Source: Eledone cirrhosa
Lineage: Eukaryota
DNA length: 64,000 nt
Direction: 5' to 3'
NCBI GenBank assembly: GCA_964016885.1
Contig: OZ024744.1
Coordinates: forward strand, 5,952,001 to 6,016,000
The notes under the pieces are model-generated. The model saw nothing but the letters and a program-made list of their open reading frames with translations, searched no databases and was not told the DNA's origin. A program made the translations under genes and the position numbers. Every line of letters starts with the position of its first letter. Position 1 is the stretch's first letter. Shown here one piece after another: positions 1-10,901 of the stretch.

Positions 1-644
1 AGAATACTAAATCACATATTTATTTTTACTGTAGTGATATAGATTTTTGATCGGTATTCATAGTGTTTGAAACAAATTGTCTGTCATTAAAAATATATGT
101 ATTCATAAATAAATCATTGTTATTCTCTCCAGCCTTATATATATGCAGAAGCGCAATAACAGCAAACACATATAAACACACACTAGTAAACTAAGATATA
201 ATACAATAACCAAAACACAGTCACCCAAACGCGAACACACACCAAACACTATACACACACGCAAACGCATGCGCAGAGAAGACAAAATAAATAAATAAAT
301 AAATAAACAGATAAAATAAAAATGGACTAGACATACAATACAACAGCGGGAACATCATAGTACCACTGACAATGTTGCAGATGTGCAACGAAAGAACTTC
401 GTTAGATTATATATGTGTTTATATCTATATTATATCTGTATTTTTGACTGTTGGTCAGTCAATGGTAAACATTGAGGACGTAATGAATTAACTGTGCAGA
501 TATAAAAGATACAGAAGCGAAAACCAACCAAACAGTGAGTGTGTTCTGTTACTAATTATGGCAATATTAATACAACAAAATGACCCTCCCCACATATAAC
601 AATATTTATATATATATATCATATCTTGCTATTTATATCTATCC

Positions 645-861
645 ATCTTGGTATCTTAATCTTAGGTTGTTCTGCGCATTTCGGTGTATCGAACAGTAAG
701 TACTCGCCAACGGTCACGATCAGCAGAGGCTTTTCCACGTCAGTGCCAAGTGATGCTGGATGCCATCAGGTCTTCTAGGAACGTTCGTCGCCAGGTGATC
801 CTGGGCAACCCCGCCTCTATTTGCCGCCAGGTGGTGTCCAGTTCTTCGCTGTTTTCGAGTG
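645..861 (-). mobile_element. 5'-truncated 3' end of an RTE-clade-like LINE (decayed)
   Basis: Manual minus-strand translation across a stop and a frameshift gives AKNWTPPGGK*RRG..RITWRRTFLEDL...ITW..ADRDRWRVL...R-TT*. This matches the typical RTE C-terminus (W.P.GKRRRGRP..TWRR...DL...W...A.DR..WR). It is followed by a short (TAAGAT)-type tail. Confidence 0.55.
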
Positions 862-3094
862 TTTATCTCGAACCAGCAGTGCCCCCACCACCCCACCCCC
901 CCACCTCGGTAGCACTGCCAAACTGGGGATTTTTGGAAATTATCCATTGTCCCCGGCTCGAAAGTCCTCCGGAACAGACTGGTAAGTTCGACTTCGTCGA
1001 GAGTGTAAGTTCCACTGACCACATTTCCCGCCCTGTAGATGGCAGTGAGTGCCTGGCAACATTCCAGATGCTAGTCATCCAGTCTCGGTCTCTTCTTTGC
1101 GCAGGATTGCAGTTGAGTCGAAGAAACGAACTGCGGAAAGACTCGTCTGACAAACGGCGACCACACCTGTTCACCGTTTAGGCAGAATATCTGGAGATGC
1201 AACAGCCTCAGCGCGTGTCTGCGCATCATTAGCCATGGTGTTCCCAGCCGTCCACGTAGAGGGTGCTGGCAGCAGATGGACTGCCTCACCAGTGGAACCT
1301 AACCCCTCCACAAGAATTTGAAGAGGAACCGCTCCAAGATGGCGATGCGCGAACGGGGGCAAGGGACGACGGTCAGACGGTAGTAGATGACGGACGCGAT
1401 GTAGGTGTTCGCCACCTCCGCCCGACCTTTCTGTGATAGCTTTCTCCCAGCCCATTTCTGGGAGAGACTGGCTACCCTGCCCGTCACCTCGTCTCAATTC
1501 TTATCCACCTGGAGGTCTGGCCTTAACCAAACCCTTAGCAACTTTACCGGTCCGTCCGTCCAGCGCCTAACGACGCTGTTGGACGGCATGGACTTGCCTG
1601 TCCATGTGCCGAGTTGCAAGCCCACCGACTTTCCCGGGTTAAGTTTTGCTCCCGCCAACCTTTCATATTCCTCCAATAAGTTGCGGACCACCTCGATTTC
1701 TAAGTTGTCCGACACCATCACGGTGATATCGTTCGCATAAGCCGACACAGCCTTTCCGCGTCCCGGATCGAGCGGGATGCCCTGCAACAGCTCCAGCTTC
1801 CGCAGTAAAGGCTCGAGTGTCAATACGTACAGAAGGGAGGAGAGAGGGCACCCTTGACAGACCGATCGGGAGACCTGAAACGGTTCCGAGAGGTGGCCAT
1901 TAATTTTGACCGCCGAACAGGTGCCGCTGTGCATTGCAGCGATCCAGCTTCTGAAGACGGGGCCGAAGCCAGCCGCCTTGAGGACAGCCTCCAGGTACCG
2001 ATGGTCGACCCTATCGAATGCTTTCGACTGATCTAAATTGAATAGATCCCCACCGAAGCCAGGTTTACACCCAACCCTCTCTATGATGTATCGCTTTAGG
2101 TGAAGGCTATCGTGTATGGACCTGGTTGGGATTGCGCAACTTTGCACCTCCCCAACCAAATCCCCGACGACAAGCGCTAACCTCTTCGCTAAAACCCTGG
2201 CCAAAATCTTAAACTCTGTGTTAGCAGAGTTATGGGCCTGAAATTGTCTAATGTATCCCTCTTGTTCTCGTCTTTCCTTATTAGCGTCACTACGCCCCGG
2301 CTCACAGAACAGAGAATACTCCCGTTTTGGTGCCAGTTGCAGTAGAGGGCTTCGAGGAGATTGGAGAACATGTCCGGCATATTTACGTAAAGCTCGTAGA
2401 GCAGACCATCAAATCGCCTCATGCAGCCGACAAGGGAATCCTGAATCTCGGCTGAAGTAATCGGCCTTTCGCAGCGCCCAGCGACGGCTGTCGAGAGTTG
2501 CGGCAAGCCATAGAGGTAGGGACTGAGGTCCGCCACCACCTTTGACCCGCCACTTCCCCCGAACAATCGAGCAAAATGTTGGCGAAAGGCCTCACACATC
2601 CGCTTGGAATCCCTCAACTCGTGTCCATCTCGGTCCGTCATAGACCGAATCGTGGTTTTATTACCACGCTGCGCCTCTGCCACGCGGGCCCATCGAACAG
2701 CTTTGGTTCCCTCGTTTCTCAGAGCACGCGCCTTAACTCTGACAATGCAACCTTCGTGTTTCGCATTGAAGAAATGGTCTAATGCCATTCTCGCCGCTAG
2801 CACATCAGTTGCAATGCCACTACCAATAGCCTCGTCTAAATTATCTACCAACACCCCCTCCTTTCTATTTTTCTCTAACGCTACTTCTTTGCTAAACTCT
2901 ATCGACATTACTCTAATCTCTCTTTTGAGAGCCCCCCACCATCTATTGTTGACGACTCCCCCTGTCAACTTTTTCTTAACAAAATTGTTGACCTGGTCCC
3001 TGTAAGCCTTACGTGCCGGAAATGACATTTTCAGCTTCCAGTAACCAGGTCCTAAGCTACGCGTCTTATCCAGGTCAACCATACAGATCACAAA
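862..3094 (-). pseudogene. T1 ORF2 remnant (end of EN/linker plus RT), frameshifted; APE domain deleted
   Basis: Pieces are ORF-track 2189..3178 (FVIC..GPGYWKL..), 1494..2204, 1299..1487, 1071..1289 and 720..1022 (..WQCYRG..). The degenerate catalytic motif reads YAND. Confidence 0.9.
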
Positions 3095-4414
3095 CTGGTT
3101 TATGTTTTTATTGATGTGTGTATTTTTGGGGGTAGGGGGCATTTGACAACTTTCCTCGTTTCCACCCTGGCTGGTCAATGTTGGTGGTGGTCTTTCTATT
3201 GGTGTTGTTGTTGGTAGTTTTGCCGGTGGTGGTGTTAGTTGTGGGCCTTGCCCCGGCGTCGGCAGCAGTGGAGCCCTTCAACCCCTTGCATCTTTCATCA
3301 GTTGATGGCAGAAGGCTCGCAAATGTGTTTTTTCCCCCACAAACAAAACAATGCGGCCATTAGCCCTCGGTCATTATATGAATGACCGTCCCATTCTGAA
3401 GGCGGATGTGGTCCGGGATTGTCTTCACATTCTCAGGCCTTATCTGGAGAAGGATCTCCAGGTCAACCCCGGAACAGTCCTCTCTGGTCGTTCTGGTAAC
3501 TTCTATAGGGACGGTATCCGTCCCCTCCACAATCACACATCCCAGAAGCCACCACATGTCAAGTCCTGGTGGGATTCTGGGAATGCGGAGAGGGGCCGTT
3601 CTTTTTCCCATGTGGGAGGGGTACATTATGACCTTGCTGGTTTTGCAAGGAGTCATGGCGTATTTCATAGCGAGGGCTTCTGACTTGAAGATCACCGAAA
3701 TGGTGCCGTACTGTCTGCCACTCGCTATGTATTCGGTGTCTTCTCTGATGCACCTCAGCGCGACTTCGACATCTGCTTGTGGAATTAAAGCCGCCCTTTT
3801 GGTTTGTGCTGAGATGCATCTATAATGCACCGTTCTGCGCTCCACTGCCTCAATAGCTTCTACTGGGACAGTTAAGTTGGCCCAAGTTTGCTCTTGCTTG
3901 ATGAGCTTCCAGGTCTGGGCCAACTTTTCATCTATGTTTGAGAGGTCCATGTTGAAGCATGGCCTCTTTTTTGCTGCTGCCGCAGCGAAAGTGATGTTCT
4001 TGTTGTCGTTGATCTTGTTGGTGTTGGAGGTGTTGTTGTTGTTGTCGTTGTTCTTGTTGGTGTTGTTGTTATCACTGTCGCTGTTATCATTGTTGTCTTT
4101 GGTGCCACCGTTGTTCTCGGTGCAGTTGGTATTGTTGATGTTGATGTTGTCGCTATTTGTTTTCATGTTAGTGGTGTTGATATTGTTGTATTTGTTTTGT
4201 TTTTTTTGTTATCTGTATTTTCGTTGTCACTGTTTAGGTCATTTTATTCAAAATTAGAGTTCTCAGTGTTGTTATCATTGCTGTCTTTGTTTACCTTGTT
4301 TGTGGTGGTGTTTGTGTTATCAATTTGTGTTAATTTCGCCGTAGCGCTCCTCTCAACCTTCACGTTGTTGTCGCACGACAGCAGACATATCGCTGGGGAG
4401 CGTGGATCAACCAT
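3095..4414 (-). pseudogene. T1 ORF1 (gag-like) remnant with Asn-rich N-terminus and zinc knuckle
   Basis: ATG at 4414 (MVDPRSP..). ORF 3360..4166 is homologous to ORF1 of T2/T3 (GRQYGTISVIF, LQNGTVIHIMTEG). A CFVCGGKKH knuckle follows across a lesion. Confidence 0.75.
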
Positions 4415-4619
4415 GTTTTTGTTTTTTTCGATAATTTTTTTAAATGTAAAAGCGTTCAAATATTTGGGCCAAAAGGCCCAAATATTATTATTTCCCCTTC
4501 GCAGGGCAAAGTCCAAGGGCTTATATCCATCACACAACAACAAAGAATTCAATAAATAAGTGTTGACAGGTAAATAAATAAACTTACGAGACCGAGTAAA
4601 AAGACGTCTGTTCAGACTC

Positions 4620-4637
4620 AATAATAATAATAATAAT
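4620..4637 (+). repeat. (AAT)6 target microsatellite between the T1 5' end and the T2 3' end
   Basis: Read directly. Confidence 0.95.
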
Positions 4638-4926
4638 TTTTTTATTGGCCACAAGGGCTGACATCAAGAAAAACGTTACAGACGGTACAGGACGGTACGA
4701 GATGGGTTTTGTGCGTGTAAAGATTTTTATTATTTATATAAAAAAGAAAAAAAAAACATAAAACATATATATATATAAACAATACAAATGAAAATTGAAA
4801 CAATGAAAAATTCCCCAATAGGGGGGAAACCTCCGAGGGTTACTCATGGCGAAAACCACACAAAAGACCACGGCCACCCTGACCACCAGGGCAAGTGCCC
4901 TCTCTCAATTTTTACCATTTCTCAAA

Positions 4927-7900
4927 CTACAGACGTATATTCAGAGTGGTTCCGTTTACTCGGACCATTCTCGCTACATTCACCCACCTTTCAACAAACT
5001 TGCTAGAAGGCAGCACTTGCCTCTCCACCCTGATTTTCCTCGTCAAGTGAAACTTGAAAAAGTTAATTAGGGATTCGCCAAAGAGGAAAGTGTCTGTCTT
5101 TAACCCTTTCAACCTTGTCCGCCACACAATCTCTTCGGCGAGACCATCTGCACAATGGACTCAGTCGACAACCGGATCAGTCCCACACGTGACAGCAACT
5201 GTTCGACATAGATCCACAAGTCAGCAATGCTCGGGCACTGAACGAGAGCGTGCACGACGGTTTCGTCGCTCTGCGCGCATCTCGGACAGGCTCGGCTGAC
5301 GGCACTTCCGTGCCTGTAGAGCTTATCTCTAACCGGCAGCGCTCCCCGGTAGCACGGCTAGGCCAGGGATTTTTGGAAGATATCCATAGGCCCTGGGCTG
5401 AAAGTTCTCCGGAAGAGAGCAAAAAGCTGATCTTCTTCGACGCCCAGGATCTCTCCGAGAAGGTCGTCGCTCTTCCCCTCCACTAGTCCTCTATAGAACG
5501 CCGAGGTGGATGTTCCACCGATACTGGTGCCCAGCTGGCAGAGGGCCATGAGCGCCTGGAGATATTCCAGTTTCCAAGCGCTATCCCTCGGTCTTTTCCT
5601 GTCCCAGGACTGCAGTTGGGTCAAGGAGACGAGCTGTGGGAAAACGTGCCTGGCGAACGGCGACCACACCTGTTCACCGTCAAGGAAGCACCGGAGATGT
5701 CGCAGCCTCAGCGCATGTTTGCGCATCATCAGCCATGGCATCCCCAGTCCTCCACGCAACGGGTGTTGACAGCAGATGGATGCTCTGACCATTGGAGCGC
5801 GTCCCTTCCACAAAAAGCGGAAGAGGAGGCGCTCCATTTTGGTGAGAGTTGGGCCGGGTTAAGGGACGACGGTGAGGCGGTAGCAGATGACGGATGCGAT
5901 GTACGCATTCGCCACTTCCGCCCGGCCTTTCAGGGACAGCTTCCTCTCGGCCCATTTCTGGGTGAGGGAGGCCACCCTGCTCGTCATCTCGTTCCAGTTT
6001 TTCTCCATCTGGAGGTCTCGTCCGAACCAGACCGCGAGCAATTTAACCGGTCCGTCCGTCCAACTCCCCACGACGCTGTCAGACGGCCTGTACTTGCCTC
6101 TCCTGGTGCCGAGCTGCAAGCCCACCGACTTTTCCTGGTTTATCTTTGCTCTTGTCACTGCTTCGTATTCCTTGCAAGCGGTGCCAAGCATCTGGACGTG
6201 TCTGGTGCTCGACACCACCACGGTGACGTCGTCGGCGTAAGCCGACTCGGATATCCCTTATCCTAGTTCGCGTGGGACGCCCCTCATCGCCCCCAGTTTG
6301 TGCAGTAACGGCTCGATAGCCAATACGTACAAGAGGGACGAGAGGGGGACAAGCCGGGTGGTCTGAGCGCATGATGCTGAACGGCTGCGACAGGTGACCG
6401 TTCACCCTCACAACTGAGCAGATGTCGCTGTACATCGCAGCGATCCAACCCCTGAAAGCGGACCCGAAACCGACCACCTCGAGGACCGCCGCCAGGTACC
6501 GATGGTCGACCTTATCGAATGCTTTGGATTGATCCAAGTTGATCAGGGTCCCACCCGTGCCAGATTCCTTAAACACCCTCTCTATGATGTATCGCATGAA
6601 GTGGAGGTTGTCGTGTATGGTTTGTCCGGAATGGCGCATATCTATGCCTCTCCCACCAGACCCTTGACGACAAGCACCGACCTCGTTGCTAACACCTTGG
6701 CCAAAATCTTGAACTCTGCGTTTAGCAGGGTTATGGGTCTGAAGTTATCAATAACATCCCCCTTTTTCGGGTCTTTTCTCAGCAGCGCCACTGCTCCCCG
6801 GCTCACAAAACTGGGCATGCTCCCGTTCTGCTGCCAGTTGTAGTAGACGACTGCTAAGAGATCACCGAACAAGTCTGGCATAAATGCATAAAGCTCGTAG
6901 GGCAGACCATCCAAACCTGGCGATTTACCCCTCGTGCAGCTAGCCATCGCTTCCCGTATTTCACCGGTTGTTATTGTCTTTTCGCAACACTGTGCTGCGG
7001 TCGTCGAGAGCAGAGGCAGTCCATCGAGGTATGCACTGAAGTCCATACCCGATCCGGCCCGCTGTTACTGCAAAGTGCTGCTGAAAAGCTTCCAACATCT
7101 GCTCGGGTTCAAGCAACACGCGCCCGTTTTGATCAGACAAAGACCGAATTGTGGCTTTGTTGCCACGTCGCGCCTCTGCCACCCGGGCCCATTGGACGGC
7201 TTTTGTCCCCTCGTGTTTCAGAGCACGCGCTCTAGCTCTGACAGCGGATCCTTCGTGTTTTGCGTTGAAGAATTGGTCGAGTGCCAATCCCGCCGCAAGC
7301 ACGTCGGTTGCGATGCCTGTCCTAAACGCCTCTTCTAGCTTTCTGACTAGCTCTCCCTCTACTCTATTTTCCTCTATCACTACTCCTTTGCTAAACCTAA
7401 TCGACTCTACTTTAATTGCCCTTTTCAGGGCGAACCACCACCTGTTGTTGACGACCGCTCCTGTCAACGCCCAATTAACTAATACGCTAATCCGGTCTCT
7501 GTAGGCTTTGTGCGCCGGGAAAGACGTGTTCAGCTTCCAGTAACCAGGCCCTTGTCTATGAAGTCTGTCTATGTCGATCTCACAGATCACAAATTTGTGG
7601 TCTGTGTAGTCGACTATTTTAAATTGTGGACAACTTATACTAGCCTTATCTAGTTCTCTGCAGAATACCCTATCTAGGTACGATCTGGATGACGCGATGC
7701 GGTTTGTCCATGTCCACATTGGCACATTCGGGTGATCCAGTCGATACCTGTCAGACAGTTCAAAACGTCTGAGCAGGTTGGTGAGGCTCTTGCACCCTCC
7801 TCCCCTATCCACTAGCCCCACACAATCCCAGCGTGCATCCAAGATACCGTTCCAGTCGCCCACTAACACTAAAGAGCGGGACGTTCCAAGAAAGATCTCT

Positions 7901-8277
7901 AGACGTCGAAAGAAATCTGGCCGTCCTGTCCCTGTCGAGGTATAGACGGCTACTAGCCTGAAAGCGTTGCCTTCGTTGCCGCTTACGTCCAGTACCACCG
8001 ACTTACCTTCTGGGTCCAGGAAGATGGTCCGTATGGCGAGACCCAAGCCTTTCCGAAACAACACAGCTACTCCGCCCCCCGCTCCCGGACGGCTCGGAGA
8101 TGCATACACCTCGTAACCGTCGAAGATCGGTGCGAAAGCCTGCGTTTCAGAGATTCTCGTCTCGCTTATGGCCACCACATCTATGTTTAGTGACCTGAGG
8201 TCTTTAAGCAAGTGACCCTGCTTCCAAACCGAGCTCAAGCCACGCACGTTTCCACTTCCGATCCTGAAAACGGCCAT
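4927..8277 (-). pseudogene. T2 ORF2 (APE endonuclease, RT, C-terminal Cys motif), multiply frameshifted
   Basis: The likely true start is MAVFRIGSGNVRG at 8277. Fragments 6961..8313, 6642..7046, 6079..6639, 5859..6221, 5358..5837 and 4927..5127 are colinear with the T3 ORF2. Confidence 0.92.
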
Positions 8278-8310
8278 GTTGGGTGAGGAACGGGGCAAGT
8301 GAGAAAGAAT

Positions 8311-10412
8311 CACTTACCTTGATCGTCTGGTGAAGGGACCGTTGAATCGTCCCTTCGGCTGGTTGTCGGCTCTTCTGTGAGTATATCCGAATATACTCTC
8401 CGGTTGAGTGTCCCTCCTAGGTCTCTGAAATCACCAACTGCGTTGGGGAATTTCTTTTTGAAGTTTGCTTATTGTGTCTGTGATATTCTTACCACTCTTA
8501 TGTTCGTTGGTGTTTTGATTGGTGCTGGTATTATGTAGTCGTGCTGTGAAATGTCTGTGTGTTCAATTATGTAAGTCATTAGTTTCTTGTTGTGTGTATT
8601 TATTGCTGTGCATTTCTTTTGCTGGGGGTGGGGTGTGGTTTTGCTATTTTCTTGTCGTTTCTGGGTGTGTGTGTTTTGTTGTTGTGTTTGCGATGTTGGT
8701 GCTTGTGGTGGGGGTGTTGAAGGTGTTGTTGTTTACGGTGGGGCTGCCGCCGGTGGTGATGGTGGTGCTAGTGTGGGTGGTGATGGTGTTGGTGGTGTTG
8801 CTGATGTAAGTCTCTTTGCAGTAGCCTTCACCCTTTTTTCCTTTCTTCCCTCCCTTTTCGAAGGCGACGTTGCGCTTCTTCTGAGTGTGTGCCTTCTTGC
8901 GACCTTTTGCCCTCTCCCACCTCACACTCCATATCTGATTCTGTGAGGTCGGGGAGGGGTACCAGCTCCACTCTTTCACTTGTTGTTGTTGGTGATGTTT
9001 GCAGTGGAGTCTCTGTTGCAGCTGCATTTGGTATTACTGTTGTTGTTGTTAATACTTCCACTGCTGCTGCTGTTTTTGATTTCCGTGGCGTGGGTGTGGG
9101 TGCCACGGACCTATCGTTCCTGGTTGCCGCTTGTCCTGTTGCTGATAGCCGTGGAGCCGGTTTCGGAAGGAGGGGGGGGTTTCTCCTTTCTCAGGGTCTT
9201 CTCGTTGCAGAAGGCCCTGAGGTGAGTCTTCGATCCAGAGCGAAAGCATTTCGGGCGTTTACCCTCAACACTTATGGGCAGTTGAGTGCCGTTATCGAAG
9301 TCTATCACATCCGGGATAGCTTCGATGCACTCCTGGTTGGTTTGGATTAACATCTCAATGGAGGTGCCGACCCAATCTTCTCTTACTTTTTTCTGTACTT
9401 GCAGTACAGTTGTTTTGTCCTCGATTCCGACGAGGACAGACGCGGCCAGCCAAGAAGGGGCCATCCCTGGGGGGGGGGGGCGTGGGTCAGTTTGACCCTC
9501 ACAATTTTTTGCCCGCAGTAGGAGGACACCAACACCATTTCCTCGCTCCTTAGGGTCACTAAGGATTGAGCCTTTGCCTCCTGGGGTGTGACAAAAAGCA
9601 CGTCTACGGTGGCATATTTCTTGCCTCGGGTGATGTGCGTTTTCCGCTGCCACACAGACCCTAAGGCTTTTTTGTATTTGAGCCTCTGTGGCTCTTTCAA
9701 CCCTACGGGATTTTGTGCTTACTGTACGGTACGTGACCGTACAGTGCTGTTGGGTTTCAAAAAATGTTTCGGCTGCCTTGCAGATTGTTCGGTGTCCGGT
9801 TTTCGTCACCATCTTCTTCGCTTCATCTAATTCCTCATTTGTTATGAGGATGGTTTCCAGGTTCTTTGCGATACCTGCAAAGGAGATTGGTTTTTCTTTG
9901 CTTCTGTTGTTGTTGTTGTTGTCGTCAGAGCTGCTGTTACTTTTGTTGTTGCTGCAGGTACTACGACTACTGCCGTCGCCGCTGTTGCTGTGTTTGTTGT
10001 TGTTGTTGGTGCTGCTGCTGTTGTTGTTGCTGTTGCTGCTAATGCTGCTGTTGTTTATGCTGCTGCTGATGCTGTTGCGGCTGCTACTGTTGTTTTCATT
10101 GTCTCTGTTGCTGCTGTTGCTGCTGTTATTACGGCTGCTACTGCTATTATTCCTGACGTCAGACGAATGAAATGGGTTTTCATATTTCCCGCACACCTTT
10201 TTCGTCGTTGTCGTCGTCGTCGTGGAGAAATCTTGCACGCTTTGCACGTGATTTTTCTTTTCTGTCGTCGCTTGCGAAAGAGAAGGGAGGGAGAGAGACA
10301 CATTTAAAGAAGGGAGGGAGAGAGACAATCTTCTCTCTGCTGTAGTGACGATTGAGGAAGAAGAAGACGGAATGAGTGGGAGTGACCTATGAAAATTCTT
10401 TTTCGTAGCCAT
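8311..10412 (-). pseudogene. T2 ORF1 (gag-like), frameshifted
   Basis: ATG at 10412 (MATKKN..), then a Ser/Asn microsatellite-derived tract, KPISFAGIAK, RKTHITRGKKYATVDVLF and a degenerate knuckle CFRSGSKTHLRAFC. Confidence 0.85.
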
Positions 10413-10628
10413 GTTTTTTTTTTTGTTTAAAATAAATATTGGGCACAAAACTCCAATAAGCGGTTATTTAACCCCGAAAAGCCAAATAACGGGCAGAAAG
10501 ACCCCTCTCACGAGGAGGAGGGTGTTTTTGTCTACAAGTTGGTTAAAGTTTTAAACAATTTACAATTGTTATAGCGGTCAAAATTTACAATACCTTACAG
10601 AGCCGAGCCTCCGTCAACCATAGCATTC

Positions 10629-10672
<44 letters not shown>

Positions 10673-10697
10673 GAAGAAGAAGAAGAAGAAGAAGAAG
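10629..10697 (+). repeat. Compound microsatellite (AAT)14(AAG)9
   Basis: Read directly. Confidence 0.95.
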
Positions 10698-10901
10698 GAA
10701 GGGAAGAAGACGCACGAGGTGGTAGAACGTCACGAAATTGCTCCCGTAAGTTTTTTGATTTTTAACATATTTAAATCAATTGTGAAAGAACAATTCTTAG
10801 CACAAATGTTGCATAAAGGCACCGAATGAGGTCCCATAAAGTTTCGGATCCATATTATATTGTTGTATCGCTCAAATATTCAATTTTGTATTATATATTT
10901 T

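Larger units (their letters stand above)
862..4619 (-). mobile_element. L1/Tx1-clade non-LTR retrotransposon, family 1 (copy T1). 5' end intact, internal deletion, 3' end missing.
   Basis: The 5' end abuts (AAT)6 at 4620. ORF1 remnant plus ORF2 RT motifs (FRPITLL, DQSKAFDRV, QGCPLS, YAND) align with the intact ORF2 at 15865-19284. Confidence 0.9.
4638..10628 (-). mobile_element. L1/Tx1-clade element, family 2 (copy T2), full length but decayed
   Basis: Flanked by (AAT)n at both ends. Has a 5' UTR, ORF1, ORF2 with APE motifs (NVRG, ISETR, VGDWN, YLDR, TDHK) and RT (YADD), and a 3' UTR with AATAAA next to the tail. Confidence 0.93.

Noticed and set aside
1-644. Short ORF 103..285 and (AAAT)n / (CA)n-rich sequence
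   Set aside because: Low-complexity AT-rich DNA with no coding or element hallmarks.
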